Positions 21,238 to 31,646 of a DNA stretch of 64,000 bases are shown piece by piece. How positions within the stretch are numbered: position 1 is the first letter of the stretch; each line of letters starts with the position of its first letter. Position numbers and translations under genes: made by a program. Under the pieces are notes generated by a model that had not been told where the DNA came from, did no database searches, and was given only the letters and a program-made list of their open reading frames with translations. The stretch comes from Opitutales bacterium (GTDB lineage Bacteria > Verrucomicrobiota > Verrucomicrobiia > Opitutales > PNEW01): assembly GCA_965197745.1 (NCBI GenBank), contig CBDANS010000006.1, forward strand, positions 256,001-320,000, given 5' to 3'.

Positions 21238-22107
21238 ATGATAAAGGTAAAAGAAGAAAAACAAACTATAGAGGATATTTCACGTGATATTAACATGAAT
21301 GGCTTTTGCGTATCCGAGGGCGTTATCCCGGAAGACAAAGTTGCCGAAGTGCGTGATGATATAGTAAACGTGAGCAAAGAAGAATTTGAGCGCGTGGCAA
21401 AAGAGGCTGAAAAAACGAGAGCACAAGGACACATAATCGGGGCTCAAGGTGTGGAGCAGGCCAAAGGAATTATTAATTTTACCCAGGTGTTCGCCCCCTA
21501 TCTCACCCACGAAAAATTTTTAGGTGTCGCTGAATCGATTTTTGGTCCTTTTGTTAAAGTTATCTGGACATCCGTGCTTATTAACCATCCGGGAACTAAG
21601 CGCTTCTACTGGCACGCGGACTGGCCCTATAATCAGACTAATGCTTCGCATATACCCGCGCCCTACCCCGATGTGATCATGGGTCTGGCCTCGATCTGGA
21701 TGTTGACCCCATTTAACGAGGAAACGGGTGGCACCCTGGTTATTCCCGGCAGTCACCGGATGAACAACAATCCCTCAGCCGAAGGGATAAAAGGCATAGA
21801 TCGCCATGCCCCCTATAAAACAGAAATGCAAATTAAGGGAAACGCGGGTGATGTTCTCCTTTACGATCCCCGTCTATGGCATGCCGTGGCCCCAAATATA
21901 AGCAATGAATCACGGGTTGCTTTAGTTATACGCTTATCTCCCTGGTGGTTTAACATCACTCCTGCCATGAAAGGGTCGCAGGAACATACGAGCATGGTTG
22001 TCGATACCGGTGGGAAAAATTATGATATTCCACCCATTAAGCGTGAAGCTTTTAATAAGTTACCGGATACGGTAAAACCCCTCTTTCACCATTGGATAGT
22101 GGACTGA
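21238..22107 (+). CDS. Phytanoyl-CoA dioxygenase (PhyH) family Fe/2OG enzyme
   Basis: WHADW, GGTLVIPGSH, AGDVLLYDPRLWHA..PN.S..R. Confidence 0.9.
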   Translation: MIKVKEEKQTIEDISRDINMNGFCVSEGVIPEDKVAEVRDDIVNVSKEEFERVAKEAEKTRAQGHIIGAQGVEQAKGIINFTQVFAPYLTHEKFLGVAESIFGPFVKVIWTSVLINHPGTKRFYWHADWPYNQTNASHIPAPYPDVIMGLASIWMLTPFNEETGGTLVIPGSHRMNNNPSAEGIKGIDRHAPYKTEMQIKGNAGDVLLYDPRLWHAVAPNISNESRVALVIRLSPWWFNITPAMKGSQEHTSMVVDTGGKNYDIPPIKREAFNKLPDTVKPLFHHWIVD

Positions 22108-22237
22108 GTAAATTCCCGAAATCGCTCGCGGAAAAACAAACCTCTACTTTTTAAGCGGCTTCTCGCCGGGATAATTCCTGTCTTTTAATCATGGGGGCGA
22201 CACTAAATTAAGCTATCTCCCACGGGAATCGAGGCAT

Positions 22238-22333
22238 CTACCAGGTGCGTTTTTTATGTCGATTCGCCCTTAAACGCTTGCGGCGTTTGTGCTGCGCAAT
22301 TTTACGGCGTCGTTTTTTTCTGAGATTCCCCAT
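22238..22333 (-). CDS. Small basic AURKAIP1/COX24-domain (bS22/mS38-like) ribosome-associated protein, 31 aa
   Basis: Own translation: [31 protein letters not shown]. Matches the MG..+KKRR+K+..HK.RK.L+..RH pattern; below the ORF-track cutoff. Confidence 0.85.
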   Translation of the reverse strand: MGNLRKKRRRKIAQHKRRKRLRANRHKKRTW

Positions 22334-22461
22334 AGATATAAGATGCTATATGAAGCGTTGGTAAGAAGCTATATATTCCCGCCCATGTAAAGCTTTTTTT
22401 AAACTCAAGCCCGCGCGTGTTCCTTCAATCGACAGTCGTAATTCGAAATTCAACAATGCTT

Positions 22462-22716
22462 CTACCCCAGGTATTGGGAACATTTCGACTTATGGCGGTT
22501 GGCATTATTGCGGTGAATCACCCCTGACTTTACAGCCTTGTCGAGGGCAGACACATAATTCATCGCCGCTTCCTTTATCTCCTTTTTTTTCTTTTTCTCA
22601 ACTGACTCTGTCAAATTTACACTTAATGTCTTCAGACGACTTTTCACACTGCGGTTACGCACCGTACGTTTTTCGATACGGCGGATATCTTTCTTTGAAG
22701 ACTTGAGATTAGCCAT
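22462..22716 (-). CDS. rpsT: 30S ribosomal protein S20
   Basis: MANLKSSKKDIR...RNRSVKSRLKT...LDKAVKSGVIHRNNANRHKS. Confidence 0.97.
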   Translation of the reverse strand: MANLKSSKKDIRRIEKRTVRNRSVKSRLKTLSVNLTESVEKKKKKEIKEAAMNYVSALDKAVKSGVIHRNNANRHKSKCSQYLG

Positions 22717-22739
22717 TGTTGAAAAAAATTGAAAGGTGG

Positions 22740-22768
22740 AATCTGCTTGTCCATGACCCTCCTGTCAA
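22740..22768 (-). promoter_or_regulatory. Candidate sigma70 promoter of rpsT
   Basis: TTGACA-17 bp-CAGATT on the minus strand. A similar TTGACC-16-CAGATT lies upstream of rpsU (28236-28263). Confidence 0.45.
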
Positions 22769-22857
22769 TAAAGAAAAAGAGCTTTAATCACCGATTACAC
22801 GGGAATACAGAAGCGTAAATATCATTTTAAGAGAGATTCTCCATCCGCGTTAGAAAG

Positions 22858-23262
22858 TCGGTTTTCAGGGGAGAGTAAGCCGGATTCTGTAACCCGTCTT
22901 GAGCGACGAGCGCATTCATTTATCTACCGGGCGGCGATAACACCTCCCGATCTCCTCCGAAGAGGAGTGCGACTCACCCGGGACCAATGGGCGGGCCACC
23001 CGATCCCCTATTTAGCCTTGCACCGGATTGGGTTTATCGTGCCCCTTCGGTTACCCTCAGGGCGGTGGGCTCTTACCCCACCTTTTCACCCTTACCATGC
23101 AGCTTTTACCCTCCATGGCGGTATATTTTCTGTGACACTATCCGTCATTCTCAGCTTCAACTGAAAACACCCTCGCTTTCACAAGGAATCCTGCCCTGTG
23201 GTGTCCGGACTTTCCTCTCCAATTGCAAGAACCAGAGCGAATGCTTTCTCCCCGAAAACCGA
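22858..23262 (-). ncRNA. rnpB: RNase P RNA (bacterial type A)
   Basis: Minus strand carries GAGGAAAGTCCGGAC and terminal ACAGAATCCGGCTTA. The ends TCGGTTTTCGGGGAGA and TCTCCCCTGAAAACCGA pair as P1. Confidence 0.97.
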
Positions 23263-23332
23263 TCTTTAAATATAGATGTTTTATTCCCGTGGGCAAGTGA
23301 CTTTTGCCTATTATTTCTAAATTCCTTCGCGC

Positions 23333-24040
23333 TTATTGCTGATAAACAATTCGGCTGCAATTGCCACATCTCACCAATTCACCACTCTTATGCGTGGCGT
23401 TTACCACATCAATAGAAACACGAATGTAGCATCCCGTGCATTTGCTCCCATCCAGGGGAACGACATAGGGAGCGCGACTTATACTGGATTTGATCATTTC
23501 GTATACATTAAGCGCATGGGGATCGACTTCATCAGATGCCTTCTGACAGGCTTGAATCGCTTCATCCAGTTTACTTTCTCCCATGATCTTTTGTTCATTC
23601 AGTCGGGCAATATGTCCCTCAAGCTCTTCGATTTTTTTATTGTGTTCTGATTCCTCTAAAACGGCCTTCTCCTTTTGCTCATCAATGGCAATGAGCACGG
23701 TAATTTCTTCATCTTCCAAATCACTCTTACGCTGGTTAAGTGTTGAAATTTCGTGGTTCAGAGCTTGATACTCCTCGTTCTTTTTAACCTCTAATTGCTG
23801 TATTTTATATTTTCCAATCTGTTCTTCCACCGTTCCGAGTTGGGTATCCACATCGTTTCTTTTTATTTCCAGATTATTTACATTTTCCTTTAGTTTTAAT
23901 TTACTCTCTTTTTCCTCGTTTATTTTACTTTCAAACTTCGTAACTTCCATAGGAATATTCTTTAACTGTTGCTCCAGTCGTTCGCAATTGACATTACTCT
24001 CCTGTAACATAAGCAGTTTTTCGATTAAAGCGTCTGGCAT
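23333..24040 (-). CDS. Coiled-coil protein with C4 zinc ribbon (DUF164/CT398-like)
   Basis: Long coiled coil, KKNEEYQALNHEI, C-terminal CTGC...CGNCSRI. Start set at ATG 24040. Confidence 0.88.
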   Translation of the reverse strand: MPDALIEKLLMLQESNVNCERLEQQLKNIPMEVTKFESKINEEKESKLKLKENVNNLEIKRNDVDTQLGTVEEQIGKYKIQQLEVKKNEEYQALNHEISTLNQRKSDLEDEEITVLIAIDEQKEKAVLEESEHNKKIEELEGHIARLNEQKIMGESKLDEAIQACQKASDEVDPHALNVYEMIKSSISRAPYVVPLDGSKCTGCYIRVSIDVVNATHKSGELVRCGNCSRIVYQQ

Positions 24041-24151
24041 ATCTCTACTCCTTGCAACGACACCGTCAAAAAGCAAACTCAAAATCCGGGCCGTTGCGAC
24101 CCGCTGATATTTCTAAAATAGCATAGTCCTATTCACACCTACTAATCTCAC

Positions 24152-26215
24152 ATGATTGGCCTGAACGAAGCGTATAGTAAACAGCGTTCTCCGGATTACC
24201 TCCCCGAAATCGCGGAAAAAATATTCAGTGAAAATGGCTGGTTACAAAAAATACTTGGGTTTGAGCATAGGCCGGAGCAGGAACATATGGCAATTTCTGT
24301 AGCACAGTCATTTATCACCGATATCTCCCTGCTTTTCGAAGCGGGCACCGGTGTGGGTAAAAGCATGGCTTACCTCATTCCCGCCATTATCAGCGCCATT
24401 GAAACGCAACGCCAATGCATCGTTTCAACGCACACGATATCTCTCCAGGAACAAATCCAAAGCAATGATCTCCCCCTTTGTCGAAAGCTTTTCAGTAAAC
24501 AGCCCGACCTCTCGCCCTACGAGGACTTTAAAACGGCGCTCCTCCTGGGGCGGGGCAATTATCTATGCACGACCAGGCTTTTACAAGCCATGGACACTAA
24601 AACGGAACTCTTCCCCACGCCCGAACAACAAGAACTCGATCGTATCATCGAGTGGTCGCGACACACCAATAAGGGACTGTTACATGAACTTAATCCCTTA
24701 CCCCACCCCGATGTCTGGGAATGGGTAAATGCCGATGCTTCAGCCTGTAATCGCCGACAATGCACCCCGGACACTTGCTTTTTCCAAAAAGCCCGGGCAC
24801 GCTTGCACCATGCACAAATTATTATAATCAACCACAGTTTGCTCTTCTCGCTTATTGGCGCCGGGGCTGTTCCTCACGATGAGCATGGCATTCTTTTCCC
24901 TGATGACTTTCTGGTTATAGACGAAGCACAGACGGTCCCCGATGTAGCTACGGATCAACTTGGGCATCGTATCAGCTCCATCGGCCTGGATCGTCTGCTT
25001 AAACGCCTCTACAACCCCCGCCGGAAAAAGGGGCTTCTTTCCCTTTATGGAAATACCAGCGATTGCAAAGCTGTAGAAAAAACCCTGCACAAAGCTGATT
25101 CCTTTTTCAAAAGTATCAGAAGTGATTCGCTAATGGAGCAGGATATTGTCCGCATTTATCGCGAGGACTGGTGTGAACCTGTGTTGAATCCTTATCTTCA
25201 GGATATTATTGAGCGTGTCTCCATACTTGCCAGCAAACAAAGTAACGGACCGGTAAAAGATGATTTAACAGAATTCAGGAGCCGATTAGACGGTTATAAA
25301 AATGGAATAAACCTTTGTCTCTCCCTCGCTGATGAGGATCTCGTTTATTGGCTGGAACGGACCGGTCGCAATAAAAAAAACGTGGTCATGCGGACTGCTC
25401 CCATTGACGTAGCGACTCATTTACAGCAGTGCTTATTTAATAGAGGGGTGTCAGTAATTATGACCAGCGCGACTCTCGCGCGAAGTCCTGATATGGACAG
25501 TTTCAGAGATAAAGCAGGAGCATTCGGAGTAGAAGCGGAACAGGTTAATTCACCCTTTGATTTTGAATATAATATGCGTATTTTCATCGCGACGGACGCG
25601 CCGGCACCCAGTGGGAAATCAGCACGACTCGATATCGATTATTTAAGTGATACTATTGCGCACTGCGCGCTCCGGGTTCGAGGAGGTAGCCTCGTTCTGT
25701 TTACCAGTTATTCTGACATGAGACAGGTCTCAAGTGTTATTGAAAATCAGTTTACTGATGAGAAAAGACCATTTTTTATGCAGGGTCGCGATGGATCGCG
25801 AAGCGACCTCATTCGCGGATTTTCCAAGGCAGAAAACGGCATCCTTTTCGGTACAGACAGCTTTTGGGCCGGTGTGGATATTCCCGGCCCCGCGCTTTCT
25901 CAAATTATTATCACGCGATTGCCCTTTGAAAACCCTTCACACCCCGTGAGTGAGGCTAAGAACGATTGGATAAGAGCGCGCGGCGGCAATCCATTTGTGG
26001 AGATAACACTACCCGAAGCCATCATTAAATTTCGTCAGGGTATAGGTCGCCTCATAAGAAATAAATCGGACTGTGGGACGATAACTATTCTCGATTCACG
26101 AATACTCAACAAGGAATATGGACGACAATTTATATCTGTCCTTCCCAAACGCCATTTTGAAAAATTCACCCGTGATAATCGTGATAATGCCTTTTGCCCC
26201 CTTGAAGCAGGATAA
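24152..26215 (+). CDS. DinG/YoaA family ATP-dependent DNA helicase
   Basis: EAGTGVGKS, GRGNYLC, Fe-S cysteines, IDEAQ, TSATL, SFWAGVDIPG, QGIGRLIR. Confidence 0.93.
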   Translation: MIGLNEAYSKQRSPDYLPEIAEKIFSENGWLQKILGFEHRPEQEHMAISVAQSFITDISLLFEAGTGVGKSMAYLIPAIISAIETQRQCIVSTHTISLQEQIQSNDLPLCRKLFSKQPDLSPYEDFKTALLLGRGNYLCTTRLLQAMDTKTELFPTPEQQELDRIIEWSRHTNKGLLHELNPLPHPDVWEWVNADASACNRRQCTPDTCFFQKARARLHHAQIIIINHSLLFSLIGAGAVPHDEHGILFPDDFLVIDEAQTVPDVATDQLGHRISSIGLDRLLKRLYNPRRKKGLLSLYGNTSDCKAVEKTLHKADSFFKSIRSDSLMEQDIVRIYREDWCEPVLNPYLQDIIERVSILASKQSNGPVKDDLTEFRSRLDGYKNGINLCLSLADEDLVYWLERTGRNKKNVVMRTAPIDVATHLQQCLFNRGVSVIMTSATLARSPDMDSFRDKAGAFGVEAEQVNSPFDFEYNMRIFIATDAPAPSGKSARLDIDYLSDTIAHCALRVRGGSLVLFTSYSDMRQVSSVIENQFTDEKRPFFMQGRDGSRSDLIRGFSKAENGILFGTDSFWAGVDIPGPALSQIIITRLPFENPSHPVSEAKNDWIRARGGNPFVEITLPEAIIKFRQGIGRLIRNKSDCGTITILDSRILNKEYGRQFISVLPKRHFEKFTRDNRDNAFCPLEAG

Positions 26216-26522
26216 TAACATCAACGAGTGCGGATATTCGATTGCCGATTTTCAATTGGAAATAAGAGGGATATGGCCTAATAAATCTTAATTTACCTGT
26301 TAAGGACTATTTAATCCATCAACTTACAACTTTTTGACAAATCTGCGATCGAAAATCCACAATCTTCCATGGGCAATCTCCTTTATGATTGAGGTTAGTG
26401 ACGTATTCTGGTATAAGTATTCTTTGTTAAAAAATAGTATAATTTTTCTGCTCCAACCTAAAAGTCTGTCCCTTCACCTTGGAATATATACCATTTGGGG
26501 ATACTAATATCTAATTAGCAGG

Positions 26523-27275
26523 GTGAGTTCTTCCAATTCAGATTCCTTAAACGCTGTTCGTAACTTAAAGATTTCCACTTTTGGGTTATCCGACCGTGGA
26601 AAACTACGTAAGAAAAACGAGGACATGCTATATCTCGATGAAACCCATCGCATATACGCGGTAGCTGATGGTCTCGGTGGCCTGCCACGCGGAGCATTAG
26701 CAAGCAGCTTAGCTGTCAAAAAGCTGAAAGAATCGCTCAATAATGTTAAAAACGGTAATTTGAATTTAGAACTCCTATTTAATTACATTAATCAATCTGT
26801 TTATAATGAGGGGCAAAAAGTTAATGCTGAGATCGGAATAGGCACAACCCTGACCGCGGTTCATATCGCGAACAACAAGATGACGATCGGTCATGTCGGA
26901 GATTGCACCGTATACATTTATAGAGAAGACACATGGAAAAAGATTACAACCGATCATACCATGGAAGAGGAAATACGATCACGCATGGCCCCGGACGATA
27001 ATACAATTATCCCGGAATATTTTTCTCACACTCTCACCCGATGTCTGGGGCAACAGAGTGATCTGGAAACTGATATTTATGAACAGGACATCAGAGCTGG
27101 TGATCGCATTCTCATATGCAGCGATGGGATTAACAAAACGCTGACTGATGATGAAATGCAGGAGGAAGCTTCTAAGGCAGCTGATCCGGAAAGTTTTATT
27201 CGCCACCTTATCGACATGGCTAATGACCATGGCGGTCCGGATAATTCCACGGGCATAGCTATCTTCTTATCCTAG
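26523..27275 (+). CDS. PP2C-family Ser/Thr protein phosphatase
   Basis: SDRGKLRKKNED, VADGLGG, GTTL, HVGD, CSDG, GGPDN. Confidence 0.93.
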   Translation: MSSSNSDSLNAVRNLKISTFGLSDRGKLRKKNEDMLYLDETHRIYAVADGLGGLPRGALASSLAVKKLKESLNNVKNGNLNLELLFNYINQSVYNEGQKVNAEIGIGTTLTAVHIANNKMTIGHVGDCTVYIYREDTWKKITTDHTMEEEIRSRMAPDDNTIIPEYFSHTLTRCLGQQSDLETDIYEQDIRAGDRILICSDGINKTLTDDEMQEEASKAADPESFIRHLIDMANDHGGPDNSTGIAIFLS

Positions 27276-28186
27276 TGATCCTGCCCCAGCGTGTAGGGGT
27301 ATTCCCCACTGCTCACGCGCGCAGCAAGTTGTTCTCTGACAAGCTCTACATCCTCCGGATACGTTACCCCGAACCATTTTTCCTCGGTTTTCAGGACTTT
27401 GACTTTCGCATGTCCCTGCTCAATCATCCTGTCTACCGCAACAGGGATTAAAAATTCCGAATCCATCTCACTACCCTGTGTATTGAGAAAATCAACCCAT
27501 AGAGCATCCAGTTGGTTAAAGATCGCAGGGGTGAAGCCGAATAGATTCATCGAAGTGATGGCATCATCATTCAGGGCATTGTGATTTCCTTCGCTATCGC
27601 TTGAGCGCGGTCCGGAAACCGTTTTCTCTATTTTATAATGTTCTTCTAAACCCACTAAATAATGATCATCATTCACACTGCATATCCCTCGTGTGACGGT
27701 TCCAAAATCAGAGAGCGTATTACCCAACCGATATCCGATTAGACAAAAATTGCTGTTATCATTATTTTGTTCCCGGGAAAGAAATTTATACAGAATCTCG
27801 TAAGCGCTTTTCCCGTAAAAATCATCCGCATTGATAACACCAAACGGTTCATTGATAACATCCCGCGCCATCCCTATGGCATGCCCTGTGCCCCAGGGCT
27901 TTGTCCTGTCCGTGGGAGGGGAGAAACCCTCTGGCAAGCTATGTAAATCCTGGTAAACATAATCCACGGCAACGCTATCTGCTACTTTATTACCAATACG
28001 TTCTTTAAAAGCTGTTTTAAAATCATGCCTGATGATAAAGATTATTTTCCCGAAACCTGCACGAATGGCATCGTATATCGAGTACTCCAGGAGTGTTTCT
28101 CCATTGGGCCCAAAAGTCTCCATTTGCTTCAAACCTCCAAAACGACTGCCAACCCCTGCCGCGAGTACCAGTAATGTGGGTTTCAT
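27272..28186 (-). CDS. Sugar-phosphate nucleotidyltransferase family protein
   Basis: VLAAGVGSRFGGLKQ, KPWGTGHA, INADDFYG. Confidence 0.9.
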   Translation of the reverse strand: MKPTLLVLAAGVGSRFGGLKQMETFGPNGETLLEYSIYDAIRAGFGKIIFIIRHDFKTAFKERIGNKVADSVAVDYVYQDLHSLPEGFSPPTDRTKPWGTGHAIGMARDVINEPFGVINADDFYGKSAYEILYKFLSREQNNDNSNFCLIGYRLGNTLSDFGTVTRGICSVNDDHYLVGLEEHYKIEKTVSGPRSSDSEGNHNALNDDAITSMNLFGFTPAIFNQLDALWVDFLNTQGSEMDSEFLIPVAVDRMIEQGHAKVKVLKTEEKWFGVTYPEDVELVREQLAARVSSGEYPYTLGQDH

Positions 28187-28285
28187 GATAGGATGTTATT
28201 ACAGGCAGAGAGTGGTGAACGGAAGGAAAATAAGTTTGACCCTTGGCTGAAATATGGCAGATTTCTACCTTTTCATAATATTTTT

Positions 28286-28486
28286 ATGCCCGTAGAAGTA
28301 AGAATACGCAGGGGTGAACCCATGGAACGCGCGCTCCGTCGCCTCAAAAAAAGGCTCGACCGCGAAGGCGTCATTCGTGATGTCCGCTCCAAAAGGTATT
28401 TTGAAAAACCATCAGAAATAAGACGGCGTAAGAAAAAAGTGGCGGCATTCACCAATATGCTGAGAGTGCGCCACGAGAACAGTTGA
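28286..28486 (+). CDS. rpsU: 30S ribosomal protein S21
   Basis: MPVEVRIRRGEPMERALRRLKK...RYFEKPS. Real start is ATG 28286. Confidence 0.95.
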   Translation: MPVEVRIRRGEPMERALRRLKKRLDREGVIRDVRSKRYFEKPSEIRRRKKKVAAFTNMLRVRHENS

Positions 28487-28525
28487 GCTGAAGATTGCGT
28501 ATCTCGGATTGTAGAGAATGTCAAA

Positions 28526-28664
28526 GGTGGAATGCGCTGCGATTAGGCTGAGCTCATCGAAGTCCTGCCTGCCATAGCTCTACATAGTAAGGCGACGGTT
28601 GGCCCCTGGCGCGTTTTATATATAGGTATTTGAATAAGCGTGCTGGAGACAGCCCGCTTCACCA
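28526..28664. repeat. Inverted REP-like doublet (GGTGGAA...TTCCACC) with two nested small hairpin insertions in the left copy
   Basis: Left copy GGTGGAATGCGCTG[insertions]CCCCTGGCGCGTT; right copy, reverse complemented, GGTGGAAGCGGGCTGTCTCCAGCACGCTT. Confidence 0.6.
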
Positions 28665-28698
28665 TTTGAGATAAAATAAAGAGTATTTTACACCTCCT

Positions 28699-29745
28699 TC
28701 AATCCCCAATCGTTTCGTTGATCCAACGGCGGTGAGGACCGGAGAGGGTAATCGATTTCATTCTTGCGAGGGAGATCCAATGAAGCTCAGGAGTCGATTC
28801 AACGATGCTTGCGATCTCCATCGTGGGTTTCACGCGATAGATTCTCTCTTCAATACGCTGATTGCTGATAGCTCGCGTTTTTTTCATCATGCATTTTTTT
28901 CCCCTGAAATTATTCACTAATCCGTCAGCAGAGGGCAGCTCATAAATATCAGCCAGCCGTTTTGACTTGGGTGACGCTCGGTGCAAGAGAAGGGTGCTAT
29001 CCTGCTCTACCCATAAGCGTTTAATTTTTATACGATGCGTCTGTCTTTGCTTTAAACGTGGATATATTTCCATGTCACCACGATTGCCGGAGGTACAATT
29101 CGCAAGAATAGGACACTTCGCGCAGCGTGGTTTTGACCGCAGGCAAATGGTAGCCCCTAGTTCCATCATCGCCTGGTTGTGTGTTCCGGGATCCTTTTTA
29201 TTGAGTAATATATCTGCGAGGGGTCCCAGTTCTCGATGAGCCGTATTGTTGTCCCTGAATACAGTAGCATCAGCGGTAAGACGCGTCAGGATACGAATAA
29301 CATTACCATCAATCACCGCTGCTGGATAATTAAAACTGATACTGGAGATAGCGGCAGCTGTATACGGACCTATGCCGGCATATTGAATCCACTCATCATA
29401 ACGGCTTGGTGTAACCTCTTCCTTCACCAATACGCGCGCTAACTTGTGAAGGCTGCGGGCCCGCGAGTAATATCCCAGACCTTCCCAGTATTTTAGAACA
29501 GTTTGTTCCTTTGCCTCAGCCAGGGTTTTAAAATCATGAAAAACGGCAATCCATCTTTGAAAATAAGGGACGACGGTATTTACATGTGTCTGTTGCAGCA
29601 TGAACTCTGAGACTACGGTTTTATAGAGCGTGGGTTCGTGACGCCAGGGGAGGTTACGCTGATATTCAGCATACCAGTGACGCAGTTTTTTTTGAATCAC
29701 TGCTCTCTCTTTAATCAGTCTGGCTTTGGCCTCTACTGGGGACAT
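28699..29745 (-). CDS. mutY: A/G-specific adenine glycosylase
   Basis: RNLPWR, VSEFMLQQT, WEGLGYYSRAR, GIGPYTA, IDGNV, C-x6-C-x2-C-x5-C Fe-S motif. Confidence 0.96.
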   Translation of the reverse strand: MSPVEAKARLIKERAVIQKKLRHWYAEYQRNLPWRHEPTLYKTVVSEFMLQQTHVNTVVPYFQRWIAVFHDFKTLAEAKEQTVLKYWEGLGYYSRARSLHKLARVLVKEEVTPSRYDEWIQYAGIGPYTAAAISSISFNYPAAVIDGNVIRILTRLTADATVFRDNNTAHRELGPLADILLNKKDPGTHNQAMMELGATICLRSKPRCAKCPILANCTSGNRGDMEIYPRLKQRQTHRIKIKRLWVEQDSTLLLHRASPKSKRLADIYELPSADGLVNNFRGKKCMMKKTRAISNQRIEERIYRVKPTMEIASIVESTPELHWISLARMKSITLSGPHRRWINETIGD

Positions 29746-29790
29746 GCAAAAATAAGTGGGTGATTAACGATCACATGAGCCATCCCAGGT

Positions 29791-29820
29791 AGTATACTTG
29801 GAGGGCGTTTTATTGGTCAA
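29791..29820 (-). promoter_or_regulatory. Candidate sigma70 promoter of mutY
   Basis: TTGACC-18 bp-TATACT on the minus strand about 45 bp before the ATG. Confidence 0.4.
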
Positions 29821-29898
29821 GGAGATCAAGCTATGTGCACAGAGTCACCCTTCTCATCACTCGACATCGCTCGAGAATGGTAAGTATAATCGTAATGG

Positions 29899-30387
29899 TT
29901 AGCTGTCTTCTCTTGTTTCTTTTTTCGGGAAAGTGAGTTCCATGAAAAGAAACGGACCGTCTTCATCCTGTATTGCGAATCCGAGTTTTTCGTACAACCG
30001 GATGCTGTCGCGGTTGATGTCTAAAGCCCTGAGGCGCAACGGAACATTGCGCAGCTTGGCATGTTTGATCACCTCCCGAAGCACAGCTGTTCCGATTCCC
30101 TTGTGTTGAAACTCGGGGAGCACGTACAACTCGTCAACCTTGGTGTGGTCCTCATCATCGAGCACGGAAATCCAACCAACTACAGTACCGTTTTGCACAA
30201 TGAGGTCCGTGTTCTTTGGGGAGAACCGGTCTTTGTGACGCCCGAGCTGGACCCGTTCATCCCACCCGAACACTTCACGTACGTACTGACCACCCGCCGA
30301 CTTCTTGATCGCGAAGGTCAAGTCAATGTCAGAATCTGACGCCTGTCTCAGCGAGATGTCTTCACGCCCAGGTATGCTCTTGTTCAA
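29899..30387 (-). CDS. GNAT family N-acetyltransferase
   Basis: LYVLPEFQHKGIGT and N..SIRLYEKLGF; GGAGG SD upstream of the TTG start. Confidence 0.9.
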   Translation of the reverse strand: MNKSIPGREDISLRQASDSDIDLTFAIKKSAGGQYVREVFGWDERVQLGRHKDRFSPKNTDLIVQNGTVVGWISVLDDEDHTKVDELYVLPEFQHKGIGTAVLREVIKHAKLRNVPLRLRALDINRDSIRLYEKLGFAIQDEDGPFLFMELTFPKKETREDS

Positions 30388-30420
30388 TAGGGATCACCTC
30401 CGAATAGAATCGTCTGACAG

Positions 30421-30493
30421 TAAACGTATTGCAGGCAATATCTACGCATCTGCCCATTAGGTATCATAATATTTGAAACGATAGGCTCAAGAG
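30421..30493 (-). repeat. Cassette-leader repeat, copy upstream of GNAT
   Basis: Minus strand CTCTTGAGCCTATCGTTTCAAATATTATGATACCTAATGGGCAGATGCGTAGATATTGCCTGCAATACGTTTA; aligns with 32192-32250 and 32775-32839. Confidence 0.7.
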
Positions 30494-30553
30494 AAATTGG
30501 ATACTCGGATGCCGAACACAGCAATGGCTATGGCTTGAGAATCAACTTCATCA

Positions 30554-31646
30554 TTAGTCAGTCCAGAGCTTTGAGCATTCCAGATCATCAAAAGCGGTGA
30601 GCGCTTTCTGTAACATTGGCATCCAAAAGTGCTTCATTTCCAGGTGCCCCGGGCCGCGGCACCACTCCACTGCCATAAATACGCTCATTGCTGTTGTCAG
30701 GTGGTAGTCTTCATATAGCTGTTCCCATGTGTAGCCTTTAATTCCACGCTCAACAAGGTTCGTGTGATAATGCTTCAGTATCGGACGTTCCAGCTCCCTG
30801 CGCGTTTCCACTTCCCAAAAGTTTATAATCGCGTAGGATAGATCATAGACCCCCAGCCAGGTTGTCAGACACCAATCGAAGGGGGCACGGTCAATAATGT
30901 ATATCGGACGATCACCATCGATGGGAACCAGGATGTTTGCCGGGCTGACGTCACCGTGGATAAGGGTGAATCCGTTCGAGTTCCGGGTGCGCTCGATCAG
31001 CAACCGAGGGTGATGATCGTAGAGGTCCTCCATAGTTTGAGGCCAGTGGGGTTCGAGTTCATCTCCATAGCTACTCAGAATGTGCTCTACACCTGGTCGG
31101 GAAATCTGAACATATTGTTCGATCACTTCGGAACCATGGATCGGTTTGCCGCCCTCCTCGAGACGCTCCGCGCCCCACCAATGCGCGTGCAACGCAGCAA
31201 GCGCCTCCGCAAATACAAGGCCGTGCTCGAGTCCGAGGTATCTTATAGCTATCTACATGGGTCTCTGACAGGTCCTCGAGCAAAATGTGATACCGTGTAT
31301 TATCTTCCGAAACGGCTGCATCGTAGCATCTGGCGATTGGGGCATCCTCAACACCGAGGTAATCGCGTGTATAGTAGTCTACTTCGGTGGAAAGCAGAGT
31401 ATCATCTTCGTCGATAGCTGTATTGACGATTTTAAGGAACAATCGGGCCGGTAAAGCACCCGTAGATCCGTCCACATAATTCAGTCGCAATTGGGCGTTC
31501 GTTGAAAGCTCACGCTCCAGCCTGTCAAGGATTTCTAATCCATCGACTGCACCCACATCCAGCGCTCCGGAACGCTTCAGAGCACGGGTCAGCCACTCGG
31601 CAGTTATCTGATCCAAGTTCTCGATTACTTTCTTGGTCACGATCAA
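30554..31646 (-). pseudogene. APH/ecdysteroid-kinase-like phosphotransferase, frameshifted near 31230
   Basis: N-half (LFLKI...EVDYY...HILLEDLS) and C-half (LEHGLVFAEALAALHAHWW...TLIHGDVSPANIL...IID) are in different frames, joined at CCTCGGACTCGAGCAC. Confidence 0.8.

Noticed and set aside
22967..23415. ORF-track ORFs of 65, 142 and 70 aa
   Set aside because: They overlap the RNase P RNA gene and its promoter region; shadow ORFs.
22858..24040. Zinc-ribbon gene directly upstream of rnpB
   Set aside because: A commonly seen gene order; not novel.
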